Below are positions 8,538 through 17,628 of a stretch of 29,787 nucleotides of DNA, piece after piece. The notes under the pieces were generated by a model. It worked only from the letters and a program-made list of their open reading frames with translations. It had not been told where the DNA came from and did not search any database. How positions within the stretch are numbered: the stretch's first letter is position 1; every line of letters begins with the position of its first letter. The translations under genes and the position numbers were made by a program. Source of the DNA: Candidatus Eiseniibacteriota bacterium (GTDB lineage: Bacteria > Arandabacterota > Arandabacteria > Arandabacterales > Arandabacteraceae); contig JBDRNT010000103.1 in the NCBI GenBank assembly GCA_043810925.1, positions 1 to 29,787 on the forward strand, given 5' to 3'.

Positions 8538-10439
8538 CTACTGGAGGCTGAGGATCTTGGTTGTGAGGATGGATCCGGAAGTCTCCAGCCGGAGGAAGTA
8601 GATACCGGGGGCCGCATGGCTTCCCGTACCGGATGTCCCATGCCAGTCTGCCGTGTGCAAACCGGCGTCGAATTCGGCGTCGGCCAGTGTGCGCACGAGT
8701 CTCCCCTGGACCGAGTAGACCTGGAGTCTTACAGCCGCACGCCTGGGAATGAAGAAGGATATCCTCGCCGTCTGGCTGAAGGGATTCGGACTGACAGAGA
8801 CAATCTGGGCTCTGAGACTGAATCCCGACAGGGTTTCCTGGGTCTCGATATACCGGTCCGTTCCCGCGACCAGCACCATGTCTTTGCTTCCGTCAAGCAT
8901 GAAGCGGTGCGGGAGGGTGGAGGAGGTCAGTCTTATACCCGTGTCGATATCATATACGGCTATTGTCCAGTTGTCGGGAAGCTCGATAACCGGGTCGGCA
9001 TCAAGAGACACCGCAGTGGGCTTTGATGCCTCTACCTTGAGGTCCCAGATGGCACCGTCACCGTTGGCAGCCCTGATATCGCACATATATGTGCCGGCGT
9101 GTCTTCCCCAGGTATCCCGCTTGAAGACCGCCCTGACATAGTCACCCATCACGGGTGGCTCGCGGTGATCCAGCGCGTCCCAGCCGTCCCTGGCCAACCG
9201 GCTTGTGCCCGCAAGACTTGTCCTCTGTCCGGACTCATCCCATCTGACCGTCACTCCGATGAGGGCGGTCATCTGGCCTGCGTTATACGGTGAGGCCGCA
9301 AGCATGGACGCTGATATCTCAGGGTGGAAGCGCAACTGCACGTCCTGGGTGCTCGAGTTATGGATCCAGTAGCCTTCCCACGGCTCGAGCTCCGGTTCAA
9401 AACCGTGATAGGATCCGTCGTAGGAAATCAGGTTGTCCTCAACGAAAATCGTGTCCGACCCGACGATGTGCTCATCCCCAACCGTGTAGATCCCACCATC
9501 GAAGAGGATGTCGGCGGACGGCCAGTCGGTTGTGAAAGCGAAGGGTGTGCCTATCTGGTTCCACCCCTTTTCAAGATCAATGGCGAAAGGTCTGGTTATG
9601 TCGGTCGATACTCCGCCGGCGTCAAAGTTGGTGGTCTTGCTCGATATCAGCCAGAAACCTCTACCGGGACTGAAGTCGTCTATCGAGGGGTATTCATCGT
9701 AGCAGTATTCTCCGCAGTCGCCGCCCGAGGCATTCCACCGCCCGAGTCGCCAGGTCGTCTTATCGTATGCTCCCAGGTCATCGACCAGGATGCTGTCGGG
9801 GTCTCCGCTGGTGGAGCCCGGAAGTGATATCATCCTGTACCCGCCCGCCGGGAGCGCAGTCGTCGACACGAGGTCGTCGTACCATACTCTCAGACTGATG
9901 ACGCTGTCCGGGGCTGTGGGTGGGTACTGTGAGAGGTTTCCAGCGCCGTCACTGGCCTGGATATAGTAGACAAGTCCCCGCTCCCTTACCGATGATGCCG
10001 GGATGGATCCGCGGTAGACGTCTCCTGCAACCAGCTCCATCTGTCTGCTCCGGAACGCCGGAAACCCACCCTCGTGGTAGAAGAGGGTGACGGTATCCAC
10101 ACCTGTCTTGGTGTCACTCACGGATACCTCGATATCCACAGGCATGTGCTCCTTGACCAGGAGCGTCGGTGCGTGTGAGAGCAAGGGGCCTGTAATGTCT
10201 GAGGCTCCCGAAATCGTGTATATAACCCCCGAGGCCAGCGCGTAGGTCGATGCGACCGAGACCCCCACGGGGGCTCCCTGTCCCGTTGTGAAGAAGATCT
10301 CGTACCGGCCGTCGGAACTCGTGCCTCCGCCCTCAGTAAACGCATCGCTCTTCAGGGTGTAAGTTGCGAAAGCGGGGGCAGAACAGGTTATGATGGTCAG
10401 AATCACCAGGATTGACGCTGCGCTCAGCCGGGCTTTCAT
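8538..10439 (-). CDS. Secreted protein with an N-terminal GGG..Y..TGQ module and a FlgD-Ig/T9SS-like C-terminal domain
   Basis: Start ATG 10439 (MKARLSAASILVILTIITCSAPAFA signal), 4 nt after the upstream stop; LEKGWNQIG motif; C-terminal SPNPF...VYSVQGRLVRTL...WHG...PGIYFLRL. Confidence 0.85.
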   Translation of the reverse strand: MKARLSAASILVILTIITCSAPAFATYTLKSDAFTEGGGTSSDGRYEIFFTTGQGAPVGVSVASTYALASGVIYTISGASDITGPLLSHAPTLLVKEHMPVDIEVSVSDTKTGVDTVTLFYHEGGFPAFRSRQMELVAGDVYRGSIPASSVRERGLVYYIQASDGAGNLSQYPPTAPDSVISLRVWYDDLVSTTALPAGGYRMISLPGSTSGDPDSILVDDLGAYDKTTWRLGRWNASGGDCGEYCYDEYPSIDDFSPGRGFWLISSKTTNFDAGGVSTDITRPFAIDLEKGWNQIGTPFAFTTDWPSADILFDGGIYTVGDEHIVGSDTIFVEDNLISYDGSYHGFEPELEPWEGYWIHNSSTQDVQLRFHPEISASMLAASPYNAGQMTALIGVTVRWDESGQRTSLAGTSRLARDGWDALDHREPPVMGDYVRAVFKRDTWGRHAGTYMCDIRAANGDGAIWDLKVEASKPTAVSLDADPVIELPDNWTIAVYDIDTGIRLTSSTLPHRFMLDGSKDMVLVAGTDRYIETQETLSGFSLRAQIVSVSPNPFSQTARISFFIPRRAAVRLQVYSVQGRLVRTLADAEFDAGLHTADWHGTSGTGSHAAPGIYFLRLETSGSILTTKILSLQ

Positions 10440-10443
10440 TGGT

Positions 10444-12174
10444 CTATCGTCCCTCACGCGTCTCACCCGTACTGCGGAGCAAAGCACTACCGAAGCTCTC
10501 CGAATCATAGGGGAAGTAGACTGCTGTAAGCGATGCTTTCTCAAGAACGTTGCGAGCTCCAACGTCTACTGCCAGAGTGATTCTGGTCAAGAAGTACACT
10601 GTGTGGCTTCCCGCTGACACGGGCACCACCGTTGATCCCGCAATGGAGTTGGATGGCACGTGATCTGCGAACCAATAGGTGGTATCCAGCATACTGCTTG
10701 TAACGGAGTACTCTAAAGCGCCCGGGGTATCCACGGACACACCATATTCGGCGAAATACCGCTTGGGAACCTCCACCGGTGGCGGGCCTTCTTCCGCAAC
10801 GTGAAGCCTCTGGGTTCCCGAGAACGATATGTAGAGGAAGCCATCTCCGGGTACGTCTATTGACAAAGCCGCGATACTATCGAGGGCGGTTTCCGTCGAG
10901 TCGTAGGAGGTCTTAAAAACATGTGCCACAACCGGAGGATAATGGTGCGCAAATGGCATCGTCGTTGCATCCGTGGCATGCGAAAGCACCACGTCTCCAT
11001 AGATGCCGCCACCTGAGAGCCCCTCACCGGTTGCCACGGATTCGATATCACCGGTTTCCACATGTGTATGAACGGATGTCGTATCGCCCCCGGTAAGAGC
11101 GGTCTTGTCGGCGACCGTGAGCAGCCTCGGATCGGAGTTCACAACCGCCGTGCCGGAGACCCGCTGTGGGGCCATCACACCGCTCGTTATGGACGAAGCA
11201 TCGTGGTCGTGGAGCATGGTGACAAAGCCACTGGTGAGCTCGTTCTTCTGGGTGACCGAAAGCAACCTGGGATCACTGTCGATGATGGCAGTTCCTTCGA
11301 TGCGTTGAGGTGCCATCACGCCTGAGGTAATTGCCGACGCGTCGGTCGTGATATTGTCATTTCCATCGGCGAAGTCACTCGGTACGCCGCCGAGGACGTT
11401 CCAGTGGACGAGGTTGCTGCCCGTGTTAGGCGGGTTGCCGTCACTCGTCTTGAGCGTGTCCTTCATTGCATACTGTGGATGGTCGTTATCAAGCAGACCC
11501 GTCAGGTCACCGTGATCTGTGGGGCCGGTTTCCCCCGTGTTGTCAATCCCGTCTGAGAATCCCGCGGGCATACCGGTGAGGATGTTCCAGTGAATGAGAT
11601 TGGATCCCTGGTTGGGCGGGCTCCCGTCCGATGTATTCAGCTGTGTCTGGGTATAGTACTTCGAATCATGGCTGTGAACTGAGCCCGCGAATTCCGATGA
11701 GTCATAGCCGTCCAGCTCATCAGCACTACCTGCTAAGTCGGCATAGCCGGATGTCCCCGACTCCCCGGCGCTGTCGGCGTAAGCGGCCGAGGCTGATGCG
11801 TTTGAGAAGAACGCATAACCTGTACTGACGATCTCACCGCGCGGAACGACCTCCGGTCCGCCATCGATTGATACGGAGAGCCATCTACGTGAGCCGTCGA
11901 ATACCGTCGGCGGAATCGCATCAGTGCTTCCCAGAAGGACGTTGAAGACCCCCTCGAAGAATGACACACTCTGAGTCTCTTCCCAGAGATACAGTCCACC
12001 CCCGGCACTGTCGTAGATTCTGAATCTCACACTCCTGGTTCCATCCACAGGCATGCCGTCGTCAACCAGCACCCCCTGATAGTTGATCATCCCCGGTATG
12101 GCAAACAGGCTGCCGGCCATGAGCAATATTCCCGGGACAATAATCAATATCGCAAGATTAGACAGGGTCTTCAT
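10444..12174 (-). CDS. Secreted tail-fibre-like repeat protein (INYQG N-terminal domain)
   Basis: GAGGAGG RBS; signal peptide; IPGMINYQGVL...FRIYD...LWEETQ...GVFNVLLG domain; HxH motifs; two pairs of internal repeats; GEGLSGGG. Confidence 0.85.
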   Translation of the reverse strand: MKTLSNLAILIIVPGILLMAGSLFAIPGMINYQGVLVDDGMPVDGTRSVRFRIYDSAGGGLYLWEETQSVSFFEGVFNVLLGSTDAIPPTVFDGSRRWLSVSIDGGPEVVPRGEIVSTGYAFFSNASASAAYADSAGESGTSGYADLAGSADELDGYDSSEFAGSVHSHDSKYYTQTQLNTSDGSPPNQGSNLIHWNILTGMPAGFSDGIDNTGETGPTDHGDLTGLLDNDHPQYAMKDTLKTSDGNPPNTGSNLVHWNVLGGVPSDFADGNDNITTDASAITSGVMAPQRIEGTAIIDSDPRLLSVTQKNELTSGFVTMLHDHDASSITSGVMAPQRVSGTAVVNSDPRLLTVADKTALTGGDTTSVHTHVETGDIESVATGEGLSGGGIYGDVVLSHATDATTMPFAHHYPPVVAHVFKTSYDSTETALDSIAALSIDVPGDGFLYISFSGTQRLHVAEEGPPPVEVPKRYFAEYGVSVDTPGALEYSVTSSMLDTTYWFADHVPSNSIAGSTVVPVSAGSHTVYFLTRITLAVDVGARNVLEKASLTAVYFPYDSESFGSALLRSTGETREGR

Positions 12175-12194
12175 GCACCCACACCTCCTCGTTA

Positions 12195-12866
12195 TCAATC
12201 CGGCGGCCCGGGGAAACCAGGAAGATCCTTCCCGGAGTCGTCCTCATCCGTCCCACCTGCGCCTGCCAGGATTGCCGCTGCCGTTCCGATTACAAGTACC
12301 GCTATGGTCCAGAACCACCACCTTTTGTAAACCGGTGGAGGCTGTCCAGGTTGGTTTTCACTCGCGAGGGGCCCGTCCGCTACTGAAAGGGGAGGCACAT
12401 CGCCGCTCGGCTTGCCGGCCTCAGGCTCAGTCCTTCTCCAGTGCGTAGCATCCGGTGTGTCCGGTGCTTCCCTACCGGGCAGAAGCCAGATCCGGTTCGA
12501 ATCGCTCCTTCTGCGGTCACCCGTCCGGTCACCCACCCCGGTGGATGATGCGGATGATGATGTCTCACTGCTTGGCCGGAGCGTGCCCAACCCGTCACGA
12601 CCGGGAAGCAGCACGAAACGAATCCTTCCGGGTCGTACGGAGTCCGTCTTCATCGAGATGCCCGTGGTATCCGACTGTGCGAGTTGGACGTAAGGCTTGT
12701 CGAGGGTCACTAAGGATTCGCCCGGATCTTCCCCTGTCACCGTCGCAGCGGTTGCAGGCCCGGCACCACTGCTTTGCCCCAACACTATCTCATAAGTGCA
12801 GGCATTTGCCGCCAGCGCTATGCATACCCATGATGCAGTCTTGAAGAAACGTGATCTTCGTATCAT
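12195..12866 (-). CDS. Exported low-complexity protein with a C-terminal membrane anchor
   Basis: N-terminal hydrophobic segment, P/S/T/G-rich body, then PPPVYKRWWFW, a TM helix and LPGFPGPPD. Start uncertain (12866 or 12902). Confidence 0.7.
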   Translation of the reverse strand: MIRRSRFFKTASWVCIALAANACTYEIVLGQSSGAGPATAATVTGEDPGESLVTLDKPYVQLAQSDTTGISMKTDSVRPGRIRFVLLPGRDGLGTLRPSSETSSSASSTGVGDRTGDRRRSDSNRIWLLPGREAPDTPDATHWRRTEPEAGKPSGDVPPLSVADGPLASENQPGQPPPVYKRWWFWTIAVLVIGTAAAILAGAGGTDEDDSGKDLPGFPGPPD

Positions 12867-12994
12867 GTTTCCGTCACACCCCCGATCTGCAAATATTTCC
12901 ACATCATCCGGCCAATGTCAAGCCCGCCCTTTAGCGGGTGCGGTATTGCACCTCGACCTCGCCCGGCCAAACCCGTCACACGAGGTGGAAGTCG

Positions 12995-13023
12995 TTGACT
13001 TTCCACAATTTTTCTGATATTAT
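12995..13023 (+). promoter_or_regulatory. Sigma70-type promoter of the metalloprotease gene
   Basis: TTGACT-N17-TATTAT with an extended -10 TG, about 50 nt upstream of ATG 13073. Confidence 0.65.
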
Positions 13024-13072
13024 GGAAACGTATCTTTTGTGAGATTGTGAACCTTTTGCGGAGGGGGAGAAT

Positions 13073-16000
13073 ATGCGTTTTGGCGCAAATGTGGCAGTTC
13101 TTGCAGTTGCTGTTGTTCTGGTAGCTACATCCGGCTGGGCGTTCAATCCTGTCCAGGAGAATTCCCAGTGGGAGATCCCCAGGGCCGGCGCCCCGACACA
13201 GGCGGTGTGGGAGACCCGCCATGTTGAGGAGCTGAGGGCGATGGCTCCCGTGGCCGTGGAAGCATTCGCCGACCGCTATGGTGGGGACTGGTACTATCAG
13301 CTCAACCGGTCTACCGGGACCTATCACCACGTCTATGGTAGTGGTATCGATCTCGAGGTGACGCTGAACTCCAGGCAGGCGGCGGAGACAATCGCCAGGG
13401 ATTTCATCCGCGAGAATCAATCCCTCTTTGCGATAGATGAAAAGGACCTCGATGTGATGCGCAACGCCGAGGGGCTCGGCAAGCGCTCTGTGATTTTCCA
13501 GCAGTTGCACCAGGGTCTCAAGGTGTGGGGCGGACGAGTCCACCTGGTGTTCACGGATTCAGGACGGCTCTTCGAGATGGGATCCGATGCCTATACCGGG
13601 ATCGAGATCTCACCTGTGCCGGGTCTTTCAGAGTCTGATGCTTTAGGCATTGCCAAGAGCACTATCGGATTCCAGGAAGGTTATGACGAGGTAACACGTT
13701 CGGAGCTTATGGTTCTTCCCCTGGAGATAGGTGAGGAAGCCCTGGAATACAGGCTGGCCTACCGTTTCGATCTTAAGATGGACGATCCCTTCGGAATCTG
13801 GGCAACATGGGTTGATGGCAACACGGGAGAGATCCTGTGGCGCGAAAACCATATTCGTTTCATTGACCTCACCGGTCATTCCCAGGGAGATGTTGAATGG
13901 GAGAGCTACTGTGACGGGTATACGGTCGATTATCCGCTTATGAATATGCAGATTGACATAACCGGGGTTGGCACTGTCTACACCGGCGCCAACGGTGACT
14001 TTACTCTGTCTTACGGCGGTTCGGACCCCAAGTCGATCTCGGCCGAATTCATAAGTCCATGGGTGAATATCGATCGCTACACGGGGACCGACGCGAGTCA
14101 CAGCGGTACGATCACGCCGGGAGTCCCGTACACGATTGACTGGAACTCATCAAATTCGCTCGACGCCGAGCGTGACGTTTTTGCTTATGTCAACAAGGAG
14201 CACGACTGGCTCAAAGCGATCGATCCCACCTTCACGGGTTGCGACTACGAGATGACGGGCTCGATCGAGCGGACCGACGGCTACTGTCCCGGCAACGCGT
14301 GGTGGGATGGAGTCTCGATCAACCTGTGCGCCCAGGGCTCCGGTTACGGCAACACCGGCCGGATGGCCGATGTGGTCTACCATGAGTACGGCCATGGCGT
14401 TACGGACTTCCTTTATGGTCTGTATGATCCTCCGAGTGATATGCACGAAGGCAACTCGGACATTATCGCAAACTACCTCACCCGCGAGAGCATCATGGGG
14501 CTGGGCTACTACCTCGATGACTGCGTGACGGGCATCCGGAACTCGGATAACACCATGCAGTATCCTTGCAGCGGAACCGGACATTACTGCGGTCAGTTGA
14601 TCGCCGGATTCCACTGGGATGCATGGATGGAACTGCTGGCTGTGTACCCGCAGGCCTATGCCGACAGTGTCGCGAAGTACACGTGGCACCACGGCCGTTC
14701 GCTCGGGCTGCCGCAGAACCAACCGGATCAGGTTCACTGGACCTTCGTTGCCGATGATAACGATGGGAACCTTACCAACGGTACCCCGCACTATGATGAG
14801 CTTTGTGTGGGAGCGACGAATCACAATTTTACCTGTCCGACGATTACCGTTGGAGTCTTCATCACGCATACGCCGCTCGGCAATACGAGCAACACATCGA
14901 CACCGTACCCGGTGACCGCTGTGATGACCTCTACCGAAGGTGCAATCGATGTCGCCGATTGCCGCGTGACCTTCCGGGTGGACGGCGGCGCGTTTGTGGA
15001 TTCAGGTATGACGGCAACCGGGAACCCGGATGAGTACGTCGGCTATATTGCTGCTCAGCCGGCATGTTCTCAGGTGGAATACTACATATACGCTGAAGAT
15101 GTGTATGCGAACAGCGTCACCGACCCCTCAGCAGCACCGGCGACGCTCCATCCGTTCCTCGTCGGCTATACCATCGTAATTGATGACGATTTTGAAACTG
15201 ACCAGGGCTGGACGGCGGGCCTGCCAGGGGACGATGCCACGACGGGTATGTGGCAGCGCTGTGATCCCGAGGGAACCGAGGCGCAGGCCGAGAACGACCA
15301 TACCGCATCCGGTGTCAATGCTTACATCACGCACTGCGCGGCCGGCGCGAGCCAGGGAATCTATGATGTCGACGGCGGTACGACCACACTGCTTTCCCCC
15401 GTTTTCGACCTCACCGCTCAGGCGCAGGCCACGGTCAATTACTATCGCTGGTACTCCAACGATACAGGTGCCGAGCCGGGTCAGGACTTCTGGGTCGTCG
15501 ATGTCACCGATGACAATGGTGCGAGCTGGGTCAACCTTGAGAACACGAATGTCAGTGACCGCAGCTGGGCGCTCCAGTCGTTCGATATCGGCACGTATGT
15601 CGATCTCACCGACAGTGTCCGGTTCCGGTTCCTCGCAAGCGACTTGGATCCGGGTTCACTGGTCGAAGCCGGTGTCGATGACTTCTCGATAGTCGGTTGC
15701 GTGGGTGGTGCCGACACCGAAGACCCGGTGGTGACGGTCGTTGATCCTAACGGCGGTGAAGTGATCGTAGGCGGCGGAGGGTCCCAGTATCCGATCGAGT
15801 GGACATCATCCGACAATGTCGGTGTCACTGTGACTCACATTCTGCTTTCGACCGATGGCGGCGCGACTTATCCGGATACAGTGGTTTCCGGCGCGCTGGT
15901 CTCGCCGTATGACTGGACTGTTCCTGCTCTGGATGAGCCGGACTGCCGGATCAAGGTCGTCTGTCTCGATGCCGCTCTTAACGATGGCGAGGATATATCC

Positions 16001-16336
16001 GACGCCGATTTCGCGATCATCGATATTGCGGGCACACCCTTGCGGCCGACGATGCCGGCGGATGTGGTGCTCTTCCAGAACCGGCCGACCCCGTTCAGGG
16101 ATGTGACCGAGATCGAATTCGGTCTGCCGGCCTCGCAGATGGTGTCGCTCGATGTCTATAGTGTCGAGGGCCGACTGGTCGCGACCCTGGCCCGCGGGAC
16201 GTACCCGGGTGGCTACCACACGGTGGCCTGGCATGGGACGGATACGCGGGGTGCTGAGGTCGCAGGCGGGATGTACTTCTACCGTCTGGAGACCGAGCAG
16301 AGGTCGCTCACCTGCAAGATGATGATGCTTAAATAG
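13073..16336 (+). CDS. Secreted M4 (thermolysin-like)/M36-clan zinc metalloprotease with propeptide, accessory beta domains and FlgD-Ig/T9SS-like C-terminal domain
   Basis: Signal peptide; FTP/PepSY-like propeptide (FQQLHQGLKVWGG; WVDGNTGEIL); GNAWWDG; HEYGH plus HEGNSD zinc ligands; C-terminal QNRPTPF...VYSVEGRLVATL...WHG...GMYFYRL. Confidence 0.9.
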   Translation: MRFGANVAVLAVAVVLVATSGWAFNPVQENSQWEIPRAGAPTQAVWETRHVEELRAMAPVAVEAFADRYGGDWYYQLNRSTGTYHHVYGSGIDLEVTLNSRQAAETIARDFIRENQSLFAIDEKDLDVMRNAEGLGKRSVIFQQLHQGLKVWGGRVHLVFTDSGRLFEMGSDAYTGIEISPVPGLSESDALGIAKSTIGFQEGYDEVTRSELMVLPLEIGEEALEYRLAYRFDLKMDDPFGIWATWVDGNTGEILWRENHIRFIDLTGHSQGDVEWESYCDGYTVDYPLMNMQIDITGVGTVYTGANGDFTLSYGGSDPKSISAEFISPWVNIDRYTGTDASHSGTITPGVPYTIDWNSSNSLDAERDVFAYVNKEHDWLKAIDPTFTGCDYEMTGSIERTDGYCPGNAWWDGVSINLCAQGSGYGNTGRMADVVYHEYGHGVTDFLYGLYDPPSDMHEGNSDIIANYLTRESIMGLGYYLDDCVTGIRNSDNTMQYPCSGTGHYCGQLIAGFHWDAWMELLAVYPQAYADSVAKYTWHHGRSLGLPQNQPDQVHWTFVADDNDGNLTNGTPHYDELCVGATNHNFTCPTITVGVFITHTPLGNTSNTSTPYPVTAVMTSTEGAIDVADCRVTFRVDGGAFVDSGMTATGNPDEYVGYIAAQPACSQVEYYIYAEDVYANSVTDPSAAPATLHPFLVGYTIVIDDDFETDQGWTAGLPGDDATTGMWQRCDPEGTEAQAENDHTASGVNAYITHCAAGASQGIYDVDGGTTTLLSPVFDLTAQAQATVNYYRWYSNDTGAEPGQDFWVVDVTDDNGASWVNLENTNVSDRSWALQSFDIGTYVDLTDSVRFRFLASDLDPGSLVEAGVDDFSIVGCVGGADTEDPVVTVVDPNGGEVIVGGGGSQYPIEWTSSDNVGVTVTHILLSTDGGATYPDTVVSGALVSPYDWTVPALDEPDCRIKVVCLDAALNDGEDISDADFAIIDIAGTPLRPTMPADVVLFQNRPTPFRDVTEIEFGLPASQMVSLDVYSVEGRLVATLARGTYPGGYHTVAWHGTDTRGAEVAGGMYFYRLETEQRSLTCKMMMLK

Positions 16337-16348
16337 TAAAGCCGACAA

Positions 16349-16372
16349 GGGGGCACCCACCCGGGTGCCCCC
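16349..16372 (+). terminator. Terminator hairpin
   Basis: GGGGGCACCC-ACCC-GGGTGCCCCC, 12 nt after the stop codon. Confidence 0.7.
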
Positions 16373-16381
16373 ACCATCTTT

Positions 16382-16587
16382 GTCCTGATGACCTTCGTGG
16401 GATCGTTGCCGAACGATCCTTTTTCGCTCAGACTGAGCATTTCGGGAATCCTCACATGTTCTCCCTGAAATCGTGAACTCGGGCTTCGCCCTCAGACATG
16501 CACGATTTCTTAACGGTCGACCACATGAGGATTCTCTCTCCTCATGCTCAGATTCGCTGCAAAGGAGTTCGGCAACGATCTCAGGAC
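16382..16587. other. ~205-nt rod-like imperfect palindrome (ncRNA or MITE candidate)
   Basis: Six co-axial stems, including a perfect 14-bp pair at 16401-16414/16567-16580, plus an apical GGGC-TTC-GCCC hairpin. Confidence 0.75.
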
Positions 16588-16708
16588 TGCCCCCGATGAT
16601 GAGGAAGAGATGGGTGCCCGGTTCTTGCGGGTCTAAGAAGAGGGAGGCGGGGACACAGCCTCACTTGGGTGGTGCGCCGTGTCCCCTTGTTCTGGCACTC
16701 TCGTACTA

Positions 16709-17053
16709 TCAGAGTTTGATGCAGCACTCCTTGGCTGTCGGACAGCATTCCTTTGAAGAAACGCCGCACTCTGAATCGTGCTGAACCTTTAAGATCTTAA
16801 TACACGTGGTTCCGTCGCACTGACCGGCTTGCTCACAAGCGCCCCTGGCTTCTACGCCATCCTCGATCACAATGCAGGCGGATGGTTCGCAAACCACCTC
16901 CTCAGTTACGACGGTGTACCCACCCGGACCGCAGCTCAACGCATCAACATCCTGACAGCATACAGCTCCTGCCGATGCCCCGGTCGCGATGCCGAGTAAC
17001 ACTATGAATATGAACAGAATCATTATCTCTGTTCGGGTTCGAGTCAACTTCAT
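16709..17053 (-). CDS. Small secreted Cys-rich protein (114 aa, 13 Cys)
   Basis: GAGGAG RBS; signal peptide ending ASA; mature part has three CC pairs and a KECC-x4-ECC ending. Confidence 0.75.
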   Translation of the reverse strand: MKLTRTRTEIMILFIFIVLLGIATGASAGAVCCQDVDALSCGPGGYTVVTEEVVCEPSACIVIEDGVEARGACEQAGQCDGTTCIKILKVQHDSECGVSSKECCPTAKECCIKL

Positions 17054-17287
17054 CACCACAAACTCCTCTCTCAGGGCTGATCTCCTATCGTTCTTACTTC
17101 CTCTAACACACCGACCACACAAAATGTTCCGGGCTATTTATGCCCGTGGAGTCCGGCAGGGGAGAGGGAGCTGCGGCCGCACTGGCAGAACCCTTATCCT
17201 GCATCCTCGATGCCGTGAGCGATCGACATCCGCCCGCGGCTGCCGGGGGCTCTACCATACACTCCCACCCCTGCGCCAGGTGCGAGC

Positions 17288-17485
17288 CTACTTACCTTCA
17301 AGCTCCTGGATGCGTTCCTTTACCCCTGCCAACTCCTTTTCCAGCTGGCCTTTGTATTCCTCCATGCACTCTCGCTTCTCTTTCGAAGTTATGAAGCGCC
17401 TGAAGGACGGACCCCCTTCACAACACTCGGGACCGCATGCCCAGACCGCGAAGGTCTTTCGGCCCGGCTTGGATTCACAGCACAT
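17288..17485 (-). CDS. Small Cys-rich coiled-coil protein (DUF5320-like)
   Basis: AGGAGG RBS; MCC...CGPECC, then RRFITSKEKRECMEEYKGQLEKELAGVKERIQEL. Confidence 0.8.
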   Translation of the reverse strand: MCCESKPGRKTFAVWACGPECCEGGPSFRRFITSKEKRECMEEYKGQLEKELAGVKERIQELEGK

Positions 17486-17588
17486 ATCTCACCACCTCCT
17501 TTCCTGCGCCCGGTTCATGAATGATCCGGGCTGAAGATTCCTCGCAATCCCGGCGCAAAGAGCGCGGGGAGCGAGTAAAGCACTTAAG

Positions 17589-17610
17589 TAATTAAGTTTA
17601 CACTTAACTA
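17589..17610. promoter_or_regulatory. Putative ArsR-family operator 2
   Basis: TAATTAAGT-TTAC-ACTTAACTA inverted repeat in an AT-rich patch, with an extra ACTTAAGTA half-site at 17582-17590. Confidence 0.65.
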
Positions 17611-17628
17611 TTTGCATAAAAAAACTAC

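Noticed and set aside
16385-16410. CTGATGA as a hammerhead ribozyme core
   Set aside because: It is not followed by a stem II plus GAAA; the bases are better explained as part of the long rod.
17123-17287. Structured RNA in the GC-rich gap
   Set aside because: Only short complementary segments (CCGGCAG/CTGCCGG), expected by chance at this GC content.
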